A stretch of DNA of 64,000 nt from Eledone cirrhosa (lineage: Eukaryota): NCBI GenBank assembly GCA_964016885.1, contig OZ024761.1:1-64000 (forward strand). The letters run 5' to 3'. Below are positions 14,020-30,194 of the stretch, in pieces. The position numbers were made by a program, and so were the translations under genes. Position 1 is the first letter of the stretch. Every line of letters starts with the position of its first letter. The notes below the pieces were generated by a model. That model saw only the letters and a program-made list of their open reading frames with translations, ran no database searches and was not told the origin of the DNA.

Positions 14020-15300
14020 TTCTCTCATTCGTTCACTCTCTAGCTCTCACTCGTTCACTCACTAGCTCTCACTCGTTCATTCTCTAGCTCTCACTCGTTT
14101 ACTCGAGCTCTCACTCGTTCACTCTCTAGCTCTCACTCGTTCACTCTAGCTCTCACTCGTTCATTCTCTAGCTCTCACTCGTTCATTCTCTAGCTCTCAC
14201 TCGTTCACTCGAGCTCTCACTCGTTCACTCACTAGCTCTCACTCGTTCATTCTCTAGCTCTCACTCGTTCACTCGAGCTCTCACTCATTCATTCTCTAGC
14301 TCTCACTCGTTCACTCTAGCTCTCACTCGTTCACTCACTAGCTCTCACTCGTTCATTCTCTAGCTCTCACTCGTTCACTCGAGCTCTCACTCGTTCACTC
14401 TCTAGCTCTCACTCGTTCACTCGAGCTCTCACTCGTTCACTCTCTAGCTCTCACTCGTTCACTCTCTAGCTCTCACTCGTTCATTCTCTAGCTCTCACTC
14501 GTTCACTCGAGCTCTCACTCGTTCACTCTCTAGCTCTCACTCGTTCACTCTAGCTCTCACTCGTTCATTCTCTAGCTCTCACTCGTTCATTCTCTAGCTC
14601 TCACTCGTTCACTCGAGCTCTCACTCGTTCACTCACTAGCTCTCATTCGTTCATTCTCTAGCTCTCACTCGTTCACTCGAGCTCTCAGTCGTTCACTCTC
14701 TAGCTCTCACTCGTTCACTCTAGCTCTCACTCGTTCATTCTCTAGCTCTCACTCGTTCATTCTCTAGCTCTCACTCGTTCACTCGAGCTCTCACTCGTTC
14801 ACTCACTAGCTCTCACTCGTTCATTCTCTAGCTCTCACTCGTTCACTCGAGCTCTCACTCGTTCACTCTCTAGCTCTCACTCGTTCACTCTAGCTCTCAC
14901 TCGTTCATTCTCTAGCTCTCACTCATTCATTCTCTAGCTCTCACTCGTTCACTCTAGCTCTCACTCGTTCACTCACTAGCTCTCACTCGTTCATTCTCTA
15001 GCTCTCACTCGTTTACTCGAGCTCTCACTCGTTCACTCTCTAGCTCTCACTCGTTCACTCGAGCTCTCACTCGTTCACTCTCTAGCTCTCACTCGTTCAC
15101 TCTCTAGCTCTCACTCGTTCATTCTCTAGCTCTCACTCGTTCACTCACTAGCTCTCACTCGTTCATTCTCTAGCTCTCACTCGTTCACTCTCTAGCTCTC
15201 ACTCATTCACTCTCTAGCTCTCACTCACTCGCTCTCTCTCTCTCTAGCTCTCACTCACTCGCTCTCTCTCTCTAGCTCATTCTCTCTTTATCTAGCTCTC
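14020..15300. repeat. 18-20 bp minisatellite TAGCTCTCACTCGTTCACTC(TC)
   Basis: Directly visible tandem array with a few recurring unit variants. Confidence 0.95.
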
Positions 15301-15919
15301 TCGCTCTTTCTCTTACACACACTGCCTTTCCCTATAGCAATAAGCAGTATGATGAACAGTTCAACTCTTCAATCAACATCCATCTTACTCAGTATTTTTC
15401 ATTGGACAGTCTCCTACTTCAATGGACAGTCATTGGACAGTCTCCTACTTCAATGTCACTTTGTTTATTTAACATCAAACACACACCTCTCTCTCCCCCT
15501 CAAACACACACCTCTCTCTCCCCCTCACACACACACCTCTCTCTCCCCCTCACACAAACACCACTCTCTCCCCCTCACACACACACCACTCTCTCCCCCT
15601 CACACACACACCTCTCTCTCCCCCACTCACACACACCTCGCTCTCCCCCTCACACACAACTCTCTCCCCCTCACACACAACTCTCTCCCCCTCACCCACA
15701 CCCCTCTCTCCCCATCACCCCACTCACACACCTCTCTACCCCCCACAGACCTCTCTCTCTCTCTCTCTCTCTCCCCCTCACGCACACACCTCTCTCTCTC
15801 TCCCCCTCTCACACATACCTCTCTCTCTCTCCCTCACACACATACCTCTCTCTCCCTCACACCACACGTCTCTCTCTCTCTCCCTCACACCACACACCTC
15901 TCTCTCTCCCTCACACCAC

Positions 15920-15962
<43 letters not shown>

Positions 15963-16557
15963 CACACACCTCTCTCTGAGAGTGAGAGAGAGAGTCTCTG
16001 GTGCTGAGACCGAGCAGACCACTAATCATGTGAGAACTCTATAAATGAGATGAAGTGTGGGTATAGAGATGTGTAAAATCCAGACACGCACACATATATA
16101 GAATATACATACATATGTGGCCTATTAACACACACACACACATAGACACACACGCACACACACACAGTTTACATACCCGTTATGTTACCATGTAGTATCG
16201 TTTAACCAGTGTTCACCAGAAAAGATATTATAGATACCAACATACCTGCAAAAAAGAGAGAAATATATGGTATTAGTACTTTTATGGTACATCAAACTAC
16301 ATACATACACTTACATACACAATGTTAAGGTATCAAAACATATTTAATAACCATGTACAAAATACTATTTGTTTCTCTCTCTCTAAATATATATTTATAT
16401 ATATAATAGAGTATATAGAGAAGAAAACACAAAAAGGGTATGTTTTCAATAATGAGCTGGTTCTTACCCCTCGTAATTGAAAACATACCCTGTTTGGGTT
16501 TTCTTCTCTATATACTGTAAGAGTCCGGTACTTAATCCTTGAGCTCATTAAATTACA

Positions 16558-16750
16558 GGGCGGCGGATTGGCAGTATCAGTAGAAGGTTGGACGCCATGC
16601 TTGCCAGCACAGAGTTACAGCCCTTTATGGTCTGAGTTCAAATCATGCCGAGGTTAACTTTGCCTTTCATCCTTACGAGGTCGATAAAATAAAGTACCAG
16701 TAATACACTGAGATAATTGCTGGCCTGGTGCCAAAAGTAGAAACAATTAA
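16558..16750 (+). mobile_element. SINE family 1, full length with target-site duplication
   Basis: A and B boxes plus core; ATTAAATTACAGGG repeated at 16547-16560 and 16746-16759. Confidence 0.9.
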
Positions 16751-17154
16751 ATTACAGGGGATCAACGCGAGTCTTTAACTCCGTTTTTTTTCAGTTTATA
16801 TATATGAAAGTTATTCGTCTCTAATACTTACTGTCCAAAGTTCAACTAGAACCATACCACCAGGCGCTTTAAGCATGGTCTCCCGTGACTGGGCTACCAA
16901 TTATGATGATGATTATATATATTAATTTATATACACGTATGCGTGTATATGTAACATTGAACTCCTTACAGAATTTATCAAACAGTCATTAATATATTCT
17001 GTTAAGAAGTTAACTAACCTAATTTACTTAAAGAAACCAGATATCTATACTGTGTTGTATTGAATATTGACTTGCTACTTGGCTCTGTGAATCACTACCG
17101 ATCTGTCTTGAGTACTCATTTGTATATATATATAAATATATGCATGAACCTATG

Positions 17155-17196
<42 letters not shown>

Positions 17197-17291
17197 GTGT
17201 GTCTATATTATATAATTTTGTTTCCAATCGCGGTGTATTGCAATCAAATGATATTATCAAACGAACGCTAAATTTGGGTACTTATTGCATA

Positions 17292-17360
<69 letters not shown>

Positions 17361-17442
17361 ATAAAATCACCACCCGAATCTAGTGTTCGTTTGATATATA
17401 TCTATATATATACACACACACACAGACACACACACATACACA

Positions 17443-17541
<99 letters not shown>

Positions 17542-17761
17542 ATATATATATATATAAACATATATATATATATAAACATATATATATATATAGTTAATAA
17601 ATGAAAAACGTTTCGAGGCGACGAACAAAGAGTTAATTGGTGATTCCTGCAATTCTTCAAATATACGTGTGTGTATGTATGAACGGTGGTGTATCTATTT
17701 GACCATATGTATCATATGTATATGGTCTGTATGTATGTATATATATATATATATACACACG

Positions 17762-17827
<66 letters not shown>

Positions 17828-17842
17828 CAAATATCTATATAT

Positions 17843-18111
<269 letters not shown>

Positions 18112-18829
18112 TATATATAATATATATAATATATATATATATATAATATATATATATATAATATATATAATATATATATATATATATATAATATATATTT
18201 AATATATATATATAATATATATAATATATATATAATATATATATATATAATATATATATATAATATATATATATAATATATATATAAATAATATATATAT
18301 ATATATAATATATATGTCAATATATAATATATATATATATATAATATATATATATATATAATATATATATATGTATATAATATATATATAAATAATATAT
18401 ATATATATAATATATGTGAATATATAATATATATATATATATAATATATATATATATATAATATATATATATGTATATAATATATATATAAATAATATAT
18501 ATATATATATAATATATATATAAATAATATATATATAATATATATATAAATATATATATAAATATGTGTGTGTGTGTGTGTCTGCTCTGTGATTATATAA
18601 TTACTTTCGTCAGCAATTATCTGAAGACATCAAAGAAAGAAATCTTTTAGAAAATGTTTGGATGGAATTTTATAAACAGAAAAACAACAACAATGACAAG
18701 TAATCTATTACAACAACAACAATGACAATAACAAACTATTATGCCTCAACAACACTGCTCTTGTCACAAAATGCAAGATATTTCCATTACCACAACTACA
18801 ACAATAACATTAAGTGCGACCAACAACAA

Positions 18830-19433
18830 CAAAGAATACAAAAAACTCAACAACAACAAAAATAAGTACAAACAACAACAGAATAATTACATACAACAAC
18901 AATGGTCATGAAATCTACAACACACAAGATACAACAACAATTGCACCAACAACAACAACAAAACCACCAACAACAACACCACCACCAACAACAACAACAA
19001 CACCACCAACAACACCACCACCACCAACAACAACACCACCACCAACAACAGCAACACCAGTAACACCACCACACCAACAACAACAATACCATCACCGCCA
19101 CCAACAACAACAACACCACCACCACCAAGAACAACAACACCACCAGCAACAACACCACCACCAACAACAACACCACCACCAACATCACCACCACCACCAA
19201 CAACAACACCACCACCAGCAACAACACCACCACCAACAACAACACCACCACCACCACCAACACCACCACCACCAACAACACCACCACCAACAACACCACC
19301 ACCACCACCACAAACAACAACAACAATAACACCACCACCACCACCAACAACAACAACAAACACAACCAACAACAACTACATTACCAGCAACAACACCAAC
19401 AACACCACCACCGTCACCAACACCATCACCACC

Positions 19434-19464
<31 letters not shown>

Positions 19465-19585
19465 CCACCACCAACAACACCACCACCACCAACAACACCA
19501 CCACCAACAACAACAACAGCACCACCAACAACACCACCAACAACACCACAACCAACAACAACACCACCATCGCCACCAACACCAA

Positions 19586-19618
<33 letters not shown>

Positions 19619-21792
19619 CACCACCACCAACAACACCAGTAAGACCACCACCAACAACAACAACACCACCAACAACACTAACAACACCACCAACAACAAC
19701 ACCAACAACAACACCAACACCACCACCACCAACAACACCACCAACAACAATACCAACAGCACCACCACCACCACCAACAACACCACCAACAACAGCACCA
19801 CCACCAACAACACCACCACCAACAAGACACCACCACCAACAACAACACCACCACCAACAACACCACCACCACCAACAACACCACCAACACCAACACCACC
19901 AGCAACACCACCACCACCACCAACAACACACCACCACCACCACCACAAACAACACTACCACCAACACCAACACCACCAGCAACACACCACCACCACCAGC
20001 AACACCACCAACAACAGCACCACCGCCCCCAACACCACCAACAACAACACCACCACCACCGCCCCCAACACCACCAACAACAACACCACCACCAACACCA
20101 CCACCACCACCATCAACAACACCATCAACAACACCATCAACAACACCAGCAACAACAACACCACCACCAACACCACCTCCACCACCACCACCACCACCAC
20201 CAGCACCAACACCACAACCAGCAACACCACCACCAACAACACTACCACCAACAACACTACCACCAACAACACCACCACCAACACCACCACCAACAAGACC
20301 ACACCACCAACAACACTACCACCAACAACACCACCACCAACAACAACACCACCACCAACACCACCACCAACAACACCACCAACAACACTACCACCAACAA
20401 CACCACCACCAACACCACCACCAACAACAACACCACCAGCAACACACCACCACCACCAACAACACCACCACCACCAACAACACCAGCAACACCACCACCA
20501 CCAACAACAACACCACCAGCAACAACACCACCACCACCAACAACAACAACACCACCAGCAACAACACCACCAACACCAACAACAACACCAACACCACCAC
20601 CAACACCAGCAACAACAACACCACCAACACCAACAACACCACCAACAACACCACCAACAACACCACCAGCAACCACCACCACCCAACAACACCACCAGCA
20701 ACACCACCACCACCAACAACACCACCACCACCAACAACACCACCACCACCAACAACACCACCACCACCAACAACAACACCACCAGCAACACCACCAGCAC
20801 CAACAACAACACCACCACCAACAACACCAACAACACCAACAACACCACCACCACCACCAACACCACCACCAGCAACACCACCACCACCAACAACAACACC
20901 ACCACCACCAACAACACCAACAACACCAACAACACCACCACCACCACCAACAACACCACCAGCAACACCACCACCACCAACAACAACACCACCACCAACA
21001 ACACCAACAACACCAACAACACCACCACCACCACCAACAACACCACCAGCAACACCACCACCACCAACAACAACACCACCACCAACAACACCAACAACAC
21101 CAACAACAACACCACCACCACCAACAACACCACCAACACCAACAACAACACCAACAAGACCAACAACAACACCACCACCACCACCACCAACACCACCACC
21201 ACCACCACCAACAACACCACCAACAACAACACCAACAACAACACCACACCACCAACAAACAACAACAGCACCAGCAACAACAACAACACCACCACCACCA
21301 ACAACACCACCAACACCAACAACAACACCACCACCACCAACAACAACAACAGCACCAGCAACAGCAACAACACCACCACCACCACCAACACCACCACCAC
21401 CACCACCACCAACAACACCACCAACAACAACACCAACAACAACACCACCACCACCACCAACAACTACAACAGCACCAGCAACAGCAACAACACCACCACC
21501 ACCACCAACAACAACAATACCACCACCACCACCAACAACAACACCACCACCACCAACAACAACACCACCAACACCACCAACAACACCACGAACACGAACA
21601 ACACCAACACCACCACCACCACCACCAACAACAACAATACCACCACCACCACCACCAACAACACCACCACCAACAACAACAACACCACCAACACCACCAA
21701 CAACACCACGAACACGAACAACACCAACACCACCACCACCATCACCAACAACAACAACACCATCACCAACAACAACAACAGCACCAGCAACA
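18830..21792. repeat. Mixed (CAA)n/(CAC)n trinucleotide satellite
   Basis: Directly visible; source of many Val/Cys/Trp/Gly pseudo-ORFs. Confidence 0.95.
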
Positions 21793-21962
21793 TTTCAACA
21801 AATCATTTCGATTTTGTTTTTGGTTTTCTGTCTCTCTTCTCTCTTGTTCTTCATTATACTCTGTTGTCTGCTGACCAGATCCTATCTCAGCTGAAATAAT
21901 TGATATTACTTGCCAAATTAGGACCTTCTGCAAAATACTTCCTTTGTTTGTTATATATATAA

Positions 21963-22051
<89 letters not shown>

Positions 22052-22148
22052 TATATATATACACATAAACACACACATATAAACATATATATATACACAC
22101 ATAAAAACACACATATATACATATATATATACACATACGCACATATAT

Positions 22149-22204
<56 letters not shown>

Positions 22205-22252
22205 GTACACACATATATACATATATATATATACACACATACACATATATAC

Positions 22253-22285
<33 letters not shown>

Positions 22286-22595
22286 CACATACACACATAT
22301 ATACATATATATATACACACATACACACACATATATAAATATATAAATATACTCACACATACACACACATATATATATATAGAGATATATATACACATGC
22401 ATATATATATATAGATATATATACACATACATATATATATAGATATATACATACACACACACATATATCTATATATATATGTATATACAAATATATATGC
22501 ACACATATATATATATATGTTATGTATAAACATATATGCATGTGTATATATATATATATATATATAGATAGATAGATACACACATATATATGCAT

Positions 22596-22626
<31 letters not shown>

Positions 22627-22628
<2 letters not shown>

Positions 22629-22702
22629 GGGTGTCCCCCAAAAATGTATACAGATTTTTTATTAGAATGCTTTTGAAGTGTATATACATATTTGGGACAC
22701 AT
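22627..22702. mobile_element. Tiny Tc1/mariner-like MITE
   Basis: Imperfect terminal inverted repeats GGGTGTCCC..AAAATGTATAC / GTATATACATATTTGGGACAC in TA context; a similar end occurs at 46962-46986. Confidence 0.45.
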
Positions 22703-22891
22703 ATATATACATATATACACACGACAGTTCTTTATTTTATTTTTCTTTGCTCGTTTAAAATTGCGAAATTTCTTCTGCAAATTACTTTGTCGTTAAGTGT
22801 TTGAGAATTTTTGCTAACTCACCAGCTTTCGTCTATTATATGTTACGTGTAGCATATATTGTATTGTACTGTAGGTCTAGTGTAGAATATA

Positions 22892-22975
<84 letters not shown>

Positions 22976-22976
<1 letters not shown>

Positions 22977-23407
22977 TAGTTTTGCGAGGTTTTTTTTATA
23001 TGAAATCGTGTTTTGAAACAAATATTGTTATACTTGGGGAGGGTAATATGTGGGTAATAATATTGCCAGAATTAATAACAGAACTAAAATAAATTAATAA
23101 ATAAATAAATAAATAAACAGACTAAATAAAGATGGCGTAAGCATACAATACAACGGGAGGAAACATAATAGCACCGCTGACGATGTTGCAGATGTGCAAC
23201 GAAAGAACTTTGTTAGACTATATATATGTGTTTGTGTCTATATTATATTTGTATTTTTGACCGTTGGTCAGTCAATGGTAACATTGAGGACCGAATAAAT
23301 TAGATTACCGATATAAAAGACACAGAAGCGAAAACCAACCAAACAGTGAGTGTGTTCTGTTATTAATTCTGGCAATATTATTACACAAATATGACCCTTC
23401 CCAAGTA

Positions 23408-23411
<4 letters not shown>
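22976..23411. mobile_element. (TA)n-embedded repeat family D with internal inverted arms
   Basis: 23027-23087 is the reverse complement of ~23356-23411. An opposite-orientation copy lies at 27061-27515 and a relative at 31213-31730. Confidence 0.75.
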
Positions 23412-23446
<35 letters not shown>

Positions 23447-23505
23447 CTATATATATATATATATTGTTATACTTTGGGAGGGTCATGTTGCCAAATTCAG
23501 AAACG

Positions 23506-23581
<76 letters not shown>

Positions 23582-23586
23582 GTATG

Positions 23587-23649
<63 letters not shown>

Positions 23650-24002
23650 GTATGTATGTATATATATATATTTATATATATGTATGTATATATATATGTA
23701 TATATATATATGTATGTATATATATACACACACGTATATACACACACGTACACATATGTATACATATATATATATATATGTATACATACATATATACATA
23801 TACATATATATATACATATATATATATATATATGTATACATACATATATATATACATATATATATATACATATATATATGTATACATACATATATATATA
23901 TATATACATATATATATGTATACATACATATTTATATATATATATACATATTATAATGAAATGACAGGAGGCTGGACTTGTGTAAATCCTTGAAAGGTTT
24001 AT

Positions 24003-24062
24003 TATACTATGATCATTTCAATGACCGGGTTCCGTATGAATCCGGTGATATCATCAGGTATT
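24003..24062 (-). ncRNA. Minimal type I hammerhead ribozyme motif
   Basis: Minus strand ATAC-CUGAUGA-[..ACCGG..CCGGU..]-GAAA-UGAUCA-UA-GUAU. Stem III is the palindrome AUGAUCAU and stem I pairs AUAC/GUAU. Confidence 0.75.
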
Positions 24063-24579
24063 CGAAATATAATAAATGAATGTAATAAACAAAATCCATG
24101 GGGCTGAAAATTTAAGACCGGAGGACGACCGCCATCCAGCATCTTCCACCTTTGCCGGTCGCCCTCAAGTGAGGGGGCTAAAGCTTATAGTGTGCTACTA
24201 CCGGTCAAATAGAGGAAAACAGAAAGGGAGAGGAAGATAAGTCAGCGTTAATATGCCACAAGAAAAATGAAGGGGGAAGAAGAAGAAAAGTCAGGGATAA
24301 TGTCGAGCTACAAGAAGAAAGACAGAAAGAAAGAGAAAGAAAGGTCGGTACTAATGTAAGACTACAGTCAGGCCAGGAATGGCGCGAAAATTTTTTATTC
24401 TAAGGGACCCGTATCTTAGCAGAGGTAAATATAGTGGGGATCTGCATGTTATAATGTGTGAGCAGAAGATTGGAAAGTTACATTTTAGTTTAGATTTATA
24501 GGATGAAGTTAAAAAATTAATATTTAATATTAATATTATAAAATTAAAGAAATTAGAAAATTGATATATATATATATAG

Positions 24580-24641
<62 letters not shown>

Positions 24642-24710
24642 GCATATGCATATATACATACATATGCATATATATATATATATACATACATATGCATATA
24701 TATATATATA

Positions 24711-25600
24711 TACTCTTTTACTCTTTTACCTGTTCCAGCCATCCGGCTGAGGCCATGATGGGGCACCGCCCTTGTTGCTACACATTTAATCTCCACCCTG
24801 TATAGGTTGGCCACTGGTGTAAGAGGGAGTTTGTTGCTGCTGCCCTTAGGCTTCCCTCGTGCCTTGCTGTGGGCTCATCCGGGATCCTGGATAGCAAGGT
24901 GTCGAGATGTTTCTTGAAGACATCCACCTCCACACCACGCAAATCTCTCAGATCCCTCGGCAGCTTGTTGAAGATTTGAGGGCCCTTGAATCCCAGGCTA
25001 TTGCAATACCTGCTCCTTATTCTAGATGTGGAAGACGGGACCTTTGGCACCACACAGTCACGTCCTGTTCGACGGTTGGTCCAGCTCCCAATGCCAAAGT
25101 TTGGTGCTAGTCCCTCCAGGATTTTGCACATGTAAATCACTGCGTATCTCTCCCGTCTTCGTTTCAAGAAGTAGAGGTTCAGTTCCTTTAGCCTCTCCCA
25201 GTAGCTTGTCTCCTTCATCGTGGCAATCCTCTTGGTGTAGCTTCGCTGGATCGCCTCAAGCTCCGTGGTTAGTTTGACACTATGGGGGGACCACAACTGG
25301 GAGCAATAGTCCAGGCAGCTTAGGACAAATGTCCTCCATAGTGTCAACATGGTGTCTCGGTCTCTTGTCCGGAAAGTCCTCAAGATCCAGCCAGCAAGTC
25401 TTCTGCACATTGTCGCCAGTTTCATGATGTGTGAGGAAAAAGATGCATCATCGCTCATGTCTATGCCCAGGTCTCGTATCGATTTTGACACGGGGATATC
25501 GGTCCCTCCTGGTCCTGTGTAGTTGTGGTGTACTATATTTGTCTTTGCAGGTTTGTTTGGAGGTTTGTATTGTAAGGCTTGGAATTTTGAGTGCGATCTC
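24711..25600 (-). mobile_element. 5'-truncated CR1-group LINE (RT C-terminal part, 3' UTR, tandem tail)
   Basis: ORF 24778-25617 has the CR1/L2-type motifs IRDLGI..FSSHI, LDYCSQLWSP, LEAIQRSYTKRI and LKRRRER; 3' tail (GTAAAAGA)2. Confidence 0.9.
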
Positions 25601-25725
25601 GGTGCCATGTAGTGCACATTTCAAATATGATTCCTTCTTGTTTTTGTTTTCTTGTTGAGCATTCTACTGATTTGAGAGCTTGGTTCTACGTCTCATAATG
25701 ATTTTCCTATCTCTGGGAATACATA

Positions 25726-25879
<154 letters not shown>

Positions 25880-26149
25880 CATATGCATATATATATATAT
25901 ATAAGTGACTATAACGTCAAAATGGAAAATAATTAACGTAAGATGTGGGAAAATACATACATATATATATGTATATAACGATCTCCTGGGGTCTCGGGAC
26001 AGATCTCGAGATATGCAACCTTTGTTTCTATTTCAAGGGGCTCCTGGGATTTAGGGGACATGCAGCCCGTCTGTCCATCCTTTGGGTCTCAGGATATCTA
26101 ACCAAAGATCTCCTGGGGTCTCGGGACAGATATATATATATATATGTAT

Positions 26150-26525
26150 ATTTAATATTAAATAGGTTTATTTACAATAGTTTATAACTTTGCCTATTAA
26201 TCCGTATGGTGAGCAAATGGGGTCCCGCGTGCTGGCCCACCCACAGCCCCGGCGGACAGAATGGAGAAGGCGTTTCCTCGGAGGATGGTAAGAGAGATGC
26301 GCTGGAAGACCCATTCCAACTCGCGAGGCTCACATCTGCCGCTGGCTAGCTCAGTGTGTATGGTGGCGAGTAGGGAGGTAGTCCTAGGGCCGAGGACACC
26401 AGAAGTCTCGACTGCCAAGGGTACGACCGCAAACCTGTCGGAGAGCGACCGGTATTTGGAGAGTTTGGCCCCCTCAGCCCGAGATAGATATTCAATACTA
26501 CAGCAGTAGAGAACCGCTAATAGTG
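26150..26525 (-). mobile_element. 3' fragment of a CRE-clade non-LTR element (restriction-like endonuclease end)
   Basis: AEGAKLSKY..FAVVPLAVETSGVLG...VFQRISLTILRGNAFSIL matches the CRE pattern K..KY, P.AVET.G, QR.S....RGNA. Confidence 0.75.
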
Positions 26526-26735
26526 CACGTCCCACCGCTGTTATCGATCTCGTTAGTAAATGCAGATACGTTGACTTCATTTATGAGATAAATATATATT
26601 TTATGAGCTAAATAAAATATTTACGAGAAAAACATATATTTATGGCGTATATAAAATATTGATTGGTCTTTTCACTTTACACAGGAGTATATATATATAT
26701 ATACATGTACTTATACTTATATACATGTATTCGTA

Positions 26736-26801
<66 letters not shown>

Positions 26802-26875
26802 CTTATACTTATATACATGTATTCGTATTATATATATATACACACACACATATCTATACATGCTTATATATATAT

Positions 26876-26912
<37 letters not shown>

Positions 26913-26968
26913 CACGCTATGACATAGATTCACTTGAAATCTGTACACACACGCATACATGAACACTT

Positions 26969-27060
<92 letters not shown>

Positions 27061-27064
<4 letters not shown>

Positions 27065-27515
27065 ATATTTGGGGAGGGTCATATTTGCGTAATATTGCCA
27101 GAATTAATAACAGAACACACTCACTGTTTGGTTGGTTTTCGCTTCTCGCTGTCTTTTATATATATGTATCTGCGATCTAACTTACTCGGTCCTCAATGTT
27201 GCCATTGACTGACCGGCGGTCAAAAATAATACAGATACAATATAGACAAACACATATATATATAGTTTACATAAATCTTTCGTTGCACATCTGCAACATC
27301 GTCAGTGGTGTTATATTCATTGTTCCTCCTGTTGTGTTGTATGTCTACGCCATTTTTTTTTTGTTCAGTCTGTCTATATATTTATTTATTTATTTGCTTG
27401 TTTGTTTATCTTATTTTATTTTGTCTTCTTTGCGCATGCAAATATGACCCTCCCCAAATATAACAATATCTGTTTCGACACACGATTTCATATAAAAAAC
27501 CTCGCAAAACTAATT
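27061..27515. mobile_element. Family D copy, opposite orientation to 22976-23411
   Basis: Reverse-complement similarity; TGTTATATTTGGGAGGGTCATATTTGC at the left is inverted at ~27438-27465. Confidence 0.75.
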
Positions 27516-27524
27516 CATCGCCGC

Positions 27525-27565
<41 letters not shown>

Positions 27566-27634
27566 ATATATATTTATATATGTGTATATATATATATGTA
27601 TATATATATATGTGTATATATATATATTTGTGTC

Positions 27635-27687
<53 letters not shown>

Positions 27688-27699
27688 ATATATATATAT

Positions 27700-28116
27700 A
27701 GGAAAAAGTATGACCCCGGCGCCAAAGCTCAAGCCGTTTCGATGGCTATTACCCACGCTACTACCCTAAGTATTGAGTACTCTGTTACGTTATGGTCAAT
27801 CTGGTTCCTTACCACAACTCCTTCGTTATCATCTTTCTAGTGGGTCCGGGTAAGTTTTTTACATTCATATGAATTATTGATTTATTGATATTTTATGTGA
27901 GTGACCCGAATCTTCCTGGTCGTTATTTTTCGGCCGCATGGGTGATTTTAGGCATAATCTTTGTGTGTTGGTATTTTAACGATAGTTATAGCTCTGATTT
28001 ATCTGAATTATTGAGCCCTCTGCCACTCATGTCGGATTTGTTTATCGTAAACTCGTGAGGTGATTTTCGGATACTCGATTATTCTACTATATATATATAT
28101 ATATATATATATATGC

Positions 28117-28182
<66 letters not shown>

Positions 28183-28244
28183 TTTGGCCTCCTCAGCCCG
28201 AGATAGATATTCAATACTACAGCAGTAGAGAACCGCTAATAGTG

Positions 28245-28298
<54 letters not shown>

Positions 28299-28300
28299 CA

Positions 28301-28365
<65 letters not shown>

Positions 28366-28488
28366 CGAATGAGTTGTGGTAAGGGACCAGATTGACCATA
28401 ACGTAACAGAGTACTCAATACTTAGGGTAGTAGAGTGGGTAATAGCCGTCGAAACGGCTTGAGCTCTGCAGTCGGGGTCATACTTTTT

Positions 28489-28490
<2 letters not shown>
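27700..28490. mobile_element. Two family A copies (27700-27828 and 28364-28490) flanking a further repeat (27900-28085, reverse-similar to 52075-52252)
   Basis: Direct sequence similarity to other copies in the window. Confidence 0.7.
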
Positions 28491-28543
<53 letters not shown>

Positions 28544-28663
28544 TTATATATATATATATATACACACATATATATATACACACATATTTATATATATATA
28601 TATACACACATATTTATATATATATATATACACACATATTTATATATATATATACACGCATAT

Positions 28664-28734
<71 letters not shown>

Positions 28735-28744
28735 TATTTATATT

Positions 28745-28795
<51 letters not shown>

Positions 28796-28829
28796 GTGTG
28801 TATACAAATAGACCTGTACATTTTTAAAC

Positions 28830-28879
<50 letters not shown>

Positions 28880-29428
28880 TACACACACGTATAAATACAC
28901 AGTGGCAAAAACTGCAAAATTACTTGGCATGGTGCCGGGAAAAGTTTCGGCATGAAGAATTGGTGAATCAAAATTCTTGTAATATTGGCCTTTCTCCAAG
29001 AGCATACACTGCACAGTCCTCACTCACCTACACCCCCACCACTTCCTTACAACACCCCCACCTCTCCCTATATAACTGCTAGTATATCTGTCCGCTAACT
29101 AAACGGATTGTTTTGGACAATGAAAATCAATAGCCTGTTTTAACTAGATAAATTGTTAACAGGTCAGCTACAGTGACCTTTAACATGGCCCCCACCTCAC
29201 CACCACATCGCTCTTAGGTCATCCTCTGTAAACTTTGACCCCGGCTCCTATCATTCACAGCATTTCTGTATCGTGTTTTAATTTAGAATGTAACATCTTT
29301 ACAGGGAAACTAATTGACAGCTAGAGATGTTAATCGTTACAGGTGAGCTATGTTGGGCTCATCTGTATATTCCATCACCTCTGACTCTCTCTTTCTCTCC
29401 CCCTCTCTCTCTTTATATCTCCCCTCCC

Positions 29429-29533
<105 letters not shown>

Positions 29534-29806
29534 CAGATTCAGGACCCCGACGGCTGAGCTCTGGCCGTTTCGACAGCTAGATCCGGACTCTGGTGCGTTA
29601 TTGTCCACCTGGTATCTCACCACATCCTCTTTATATATATATATATATATATATATGTGAATGAAATAATTCCGTCGGAAAAGTCCAGGAAAAGAGAGTG
29701 CTCTATGTAGGTAACAGAGCTTAATAGTTATGTAAGAAACAACATAAGGCAATTATTTCATTTACCAGTGGTTTCAAATCCAACGTCAATAAATAGGCCA
29801 GGATTC

Positions 29807-29867
29807 TTTAATTCTGATGATTGAAAGCAACAGTTTTTTGCTTTTAAGAAACCACTGGTAAATGAAA
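29807..29867 (+). ncRNA. Type I hammerhead motif, family C
   Basis: UUUAAUU-CUGAUGA-UUGAAAGCAA..UUGCUUUUAA-GAAA-CCACUGG-UA-AAUGAAA; GUA cleavage triplet. Confidence 0.75.
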
Positions 29868-29898
29868 TAATTGCCTTATGTTGTTTATTACATAACTT

Positions 29899-29962
<64 letters not shown>

Positions 29963-30101
29963 AAGTTATGTAATAAACAAGATAAGGCAATATATATATA
30001 TATAAATGAAGTATTTCCGTAGGAAAGGTAAAGGAGAAGAGAGTGCTCTATGTAGGCTACAGAGCTTTTTAGTTATGTAATAAACAACATAAGACAATTA
30101 A

Positions 30102-30172
30102 TTCATTAACCAAAGGTTTCACGAAGACAGACGAGCTTGATATTTACGTCTGCCTTCAATCATCAGAAAGAA
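30102..30172 (-). ncRNA. Type I hammerhead motif, second family C copy
   Basis: Minus strand UUCUUU-CUGAUGA-UUGAAGGCAGACG..CGUCUGUCUUCGU-GAAA-CCUUUGG-UU-AAUGAA. Stem II differs in sequence from the 29807 copy but still pairs. Confidence 0.7.
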
Positions 30173-30194
30173 TATATATATATATATATATATA

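Noticed and set aside
16558-16660. tRNA genes suggested by A/B boxes
   Set aside because: The boxes are SINE heads followed by shared SINE bodies; no full cloverleaf seen.
29305-29342. 38-nt segment with good splice signals (TTTACAG| ... CAG|GTGAGC)
   Set aside because: Stops in all three frames and its internal ATG is out of phase with the 55434 candidate. It could be a UTR exon but is unsupported.
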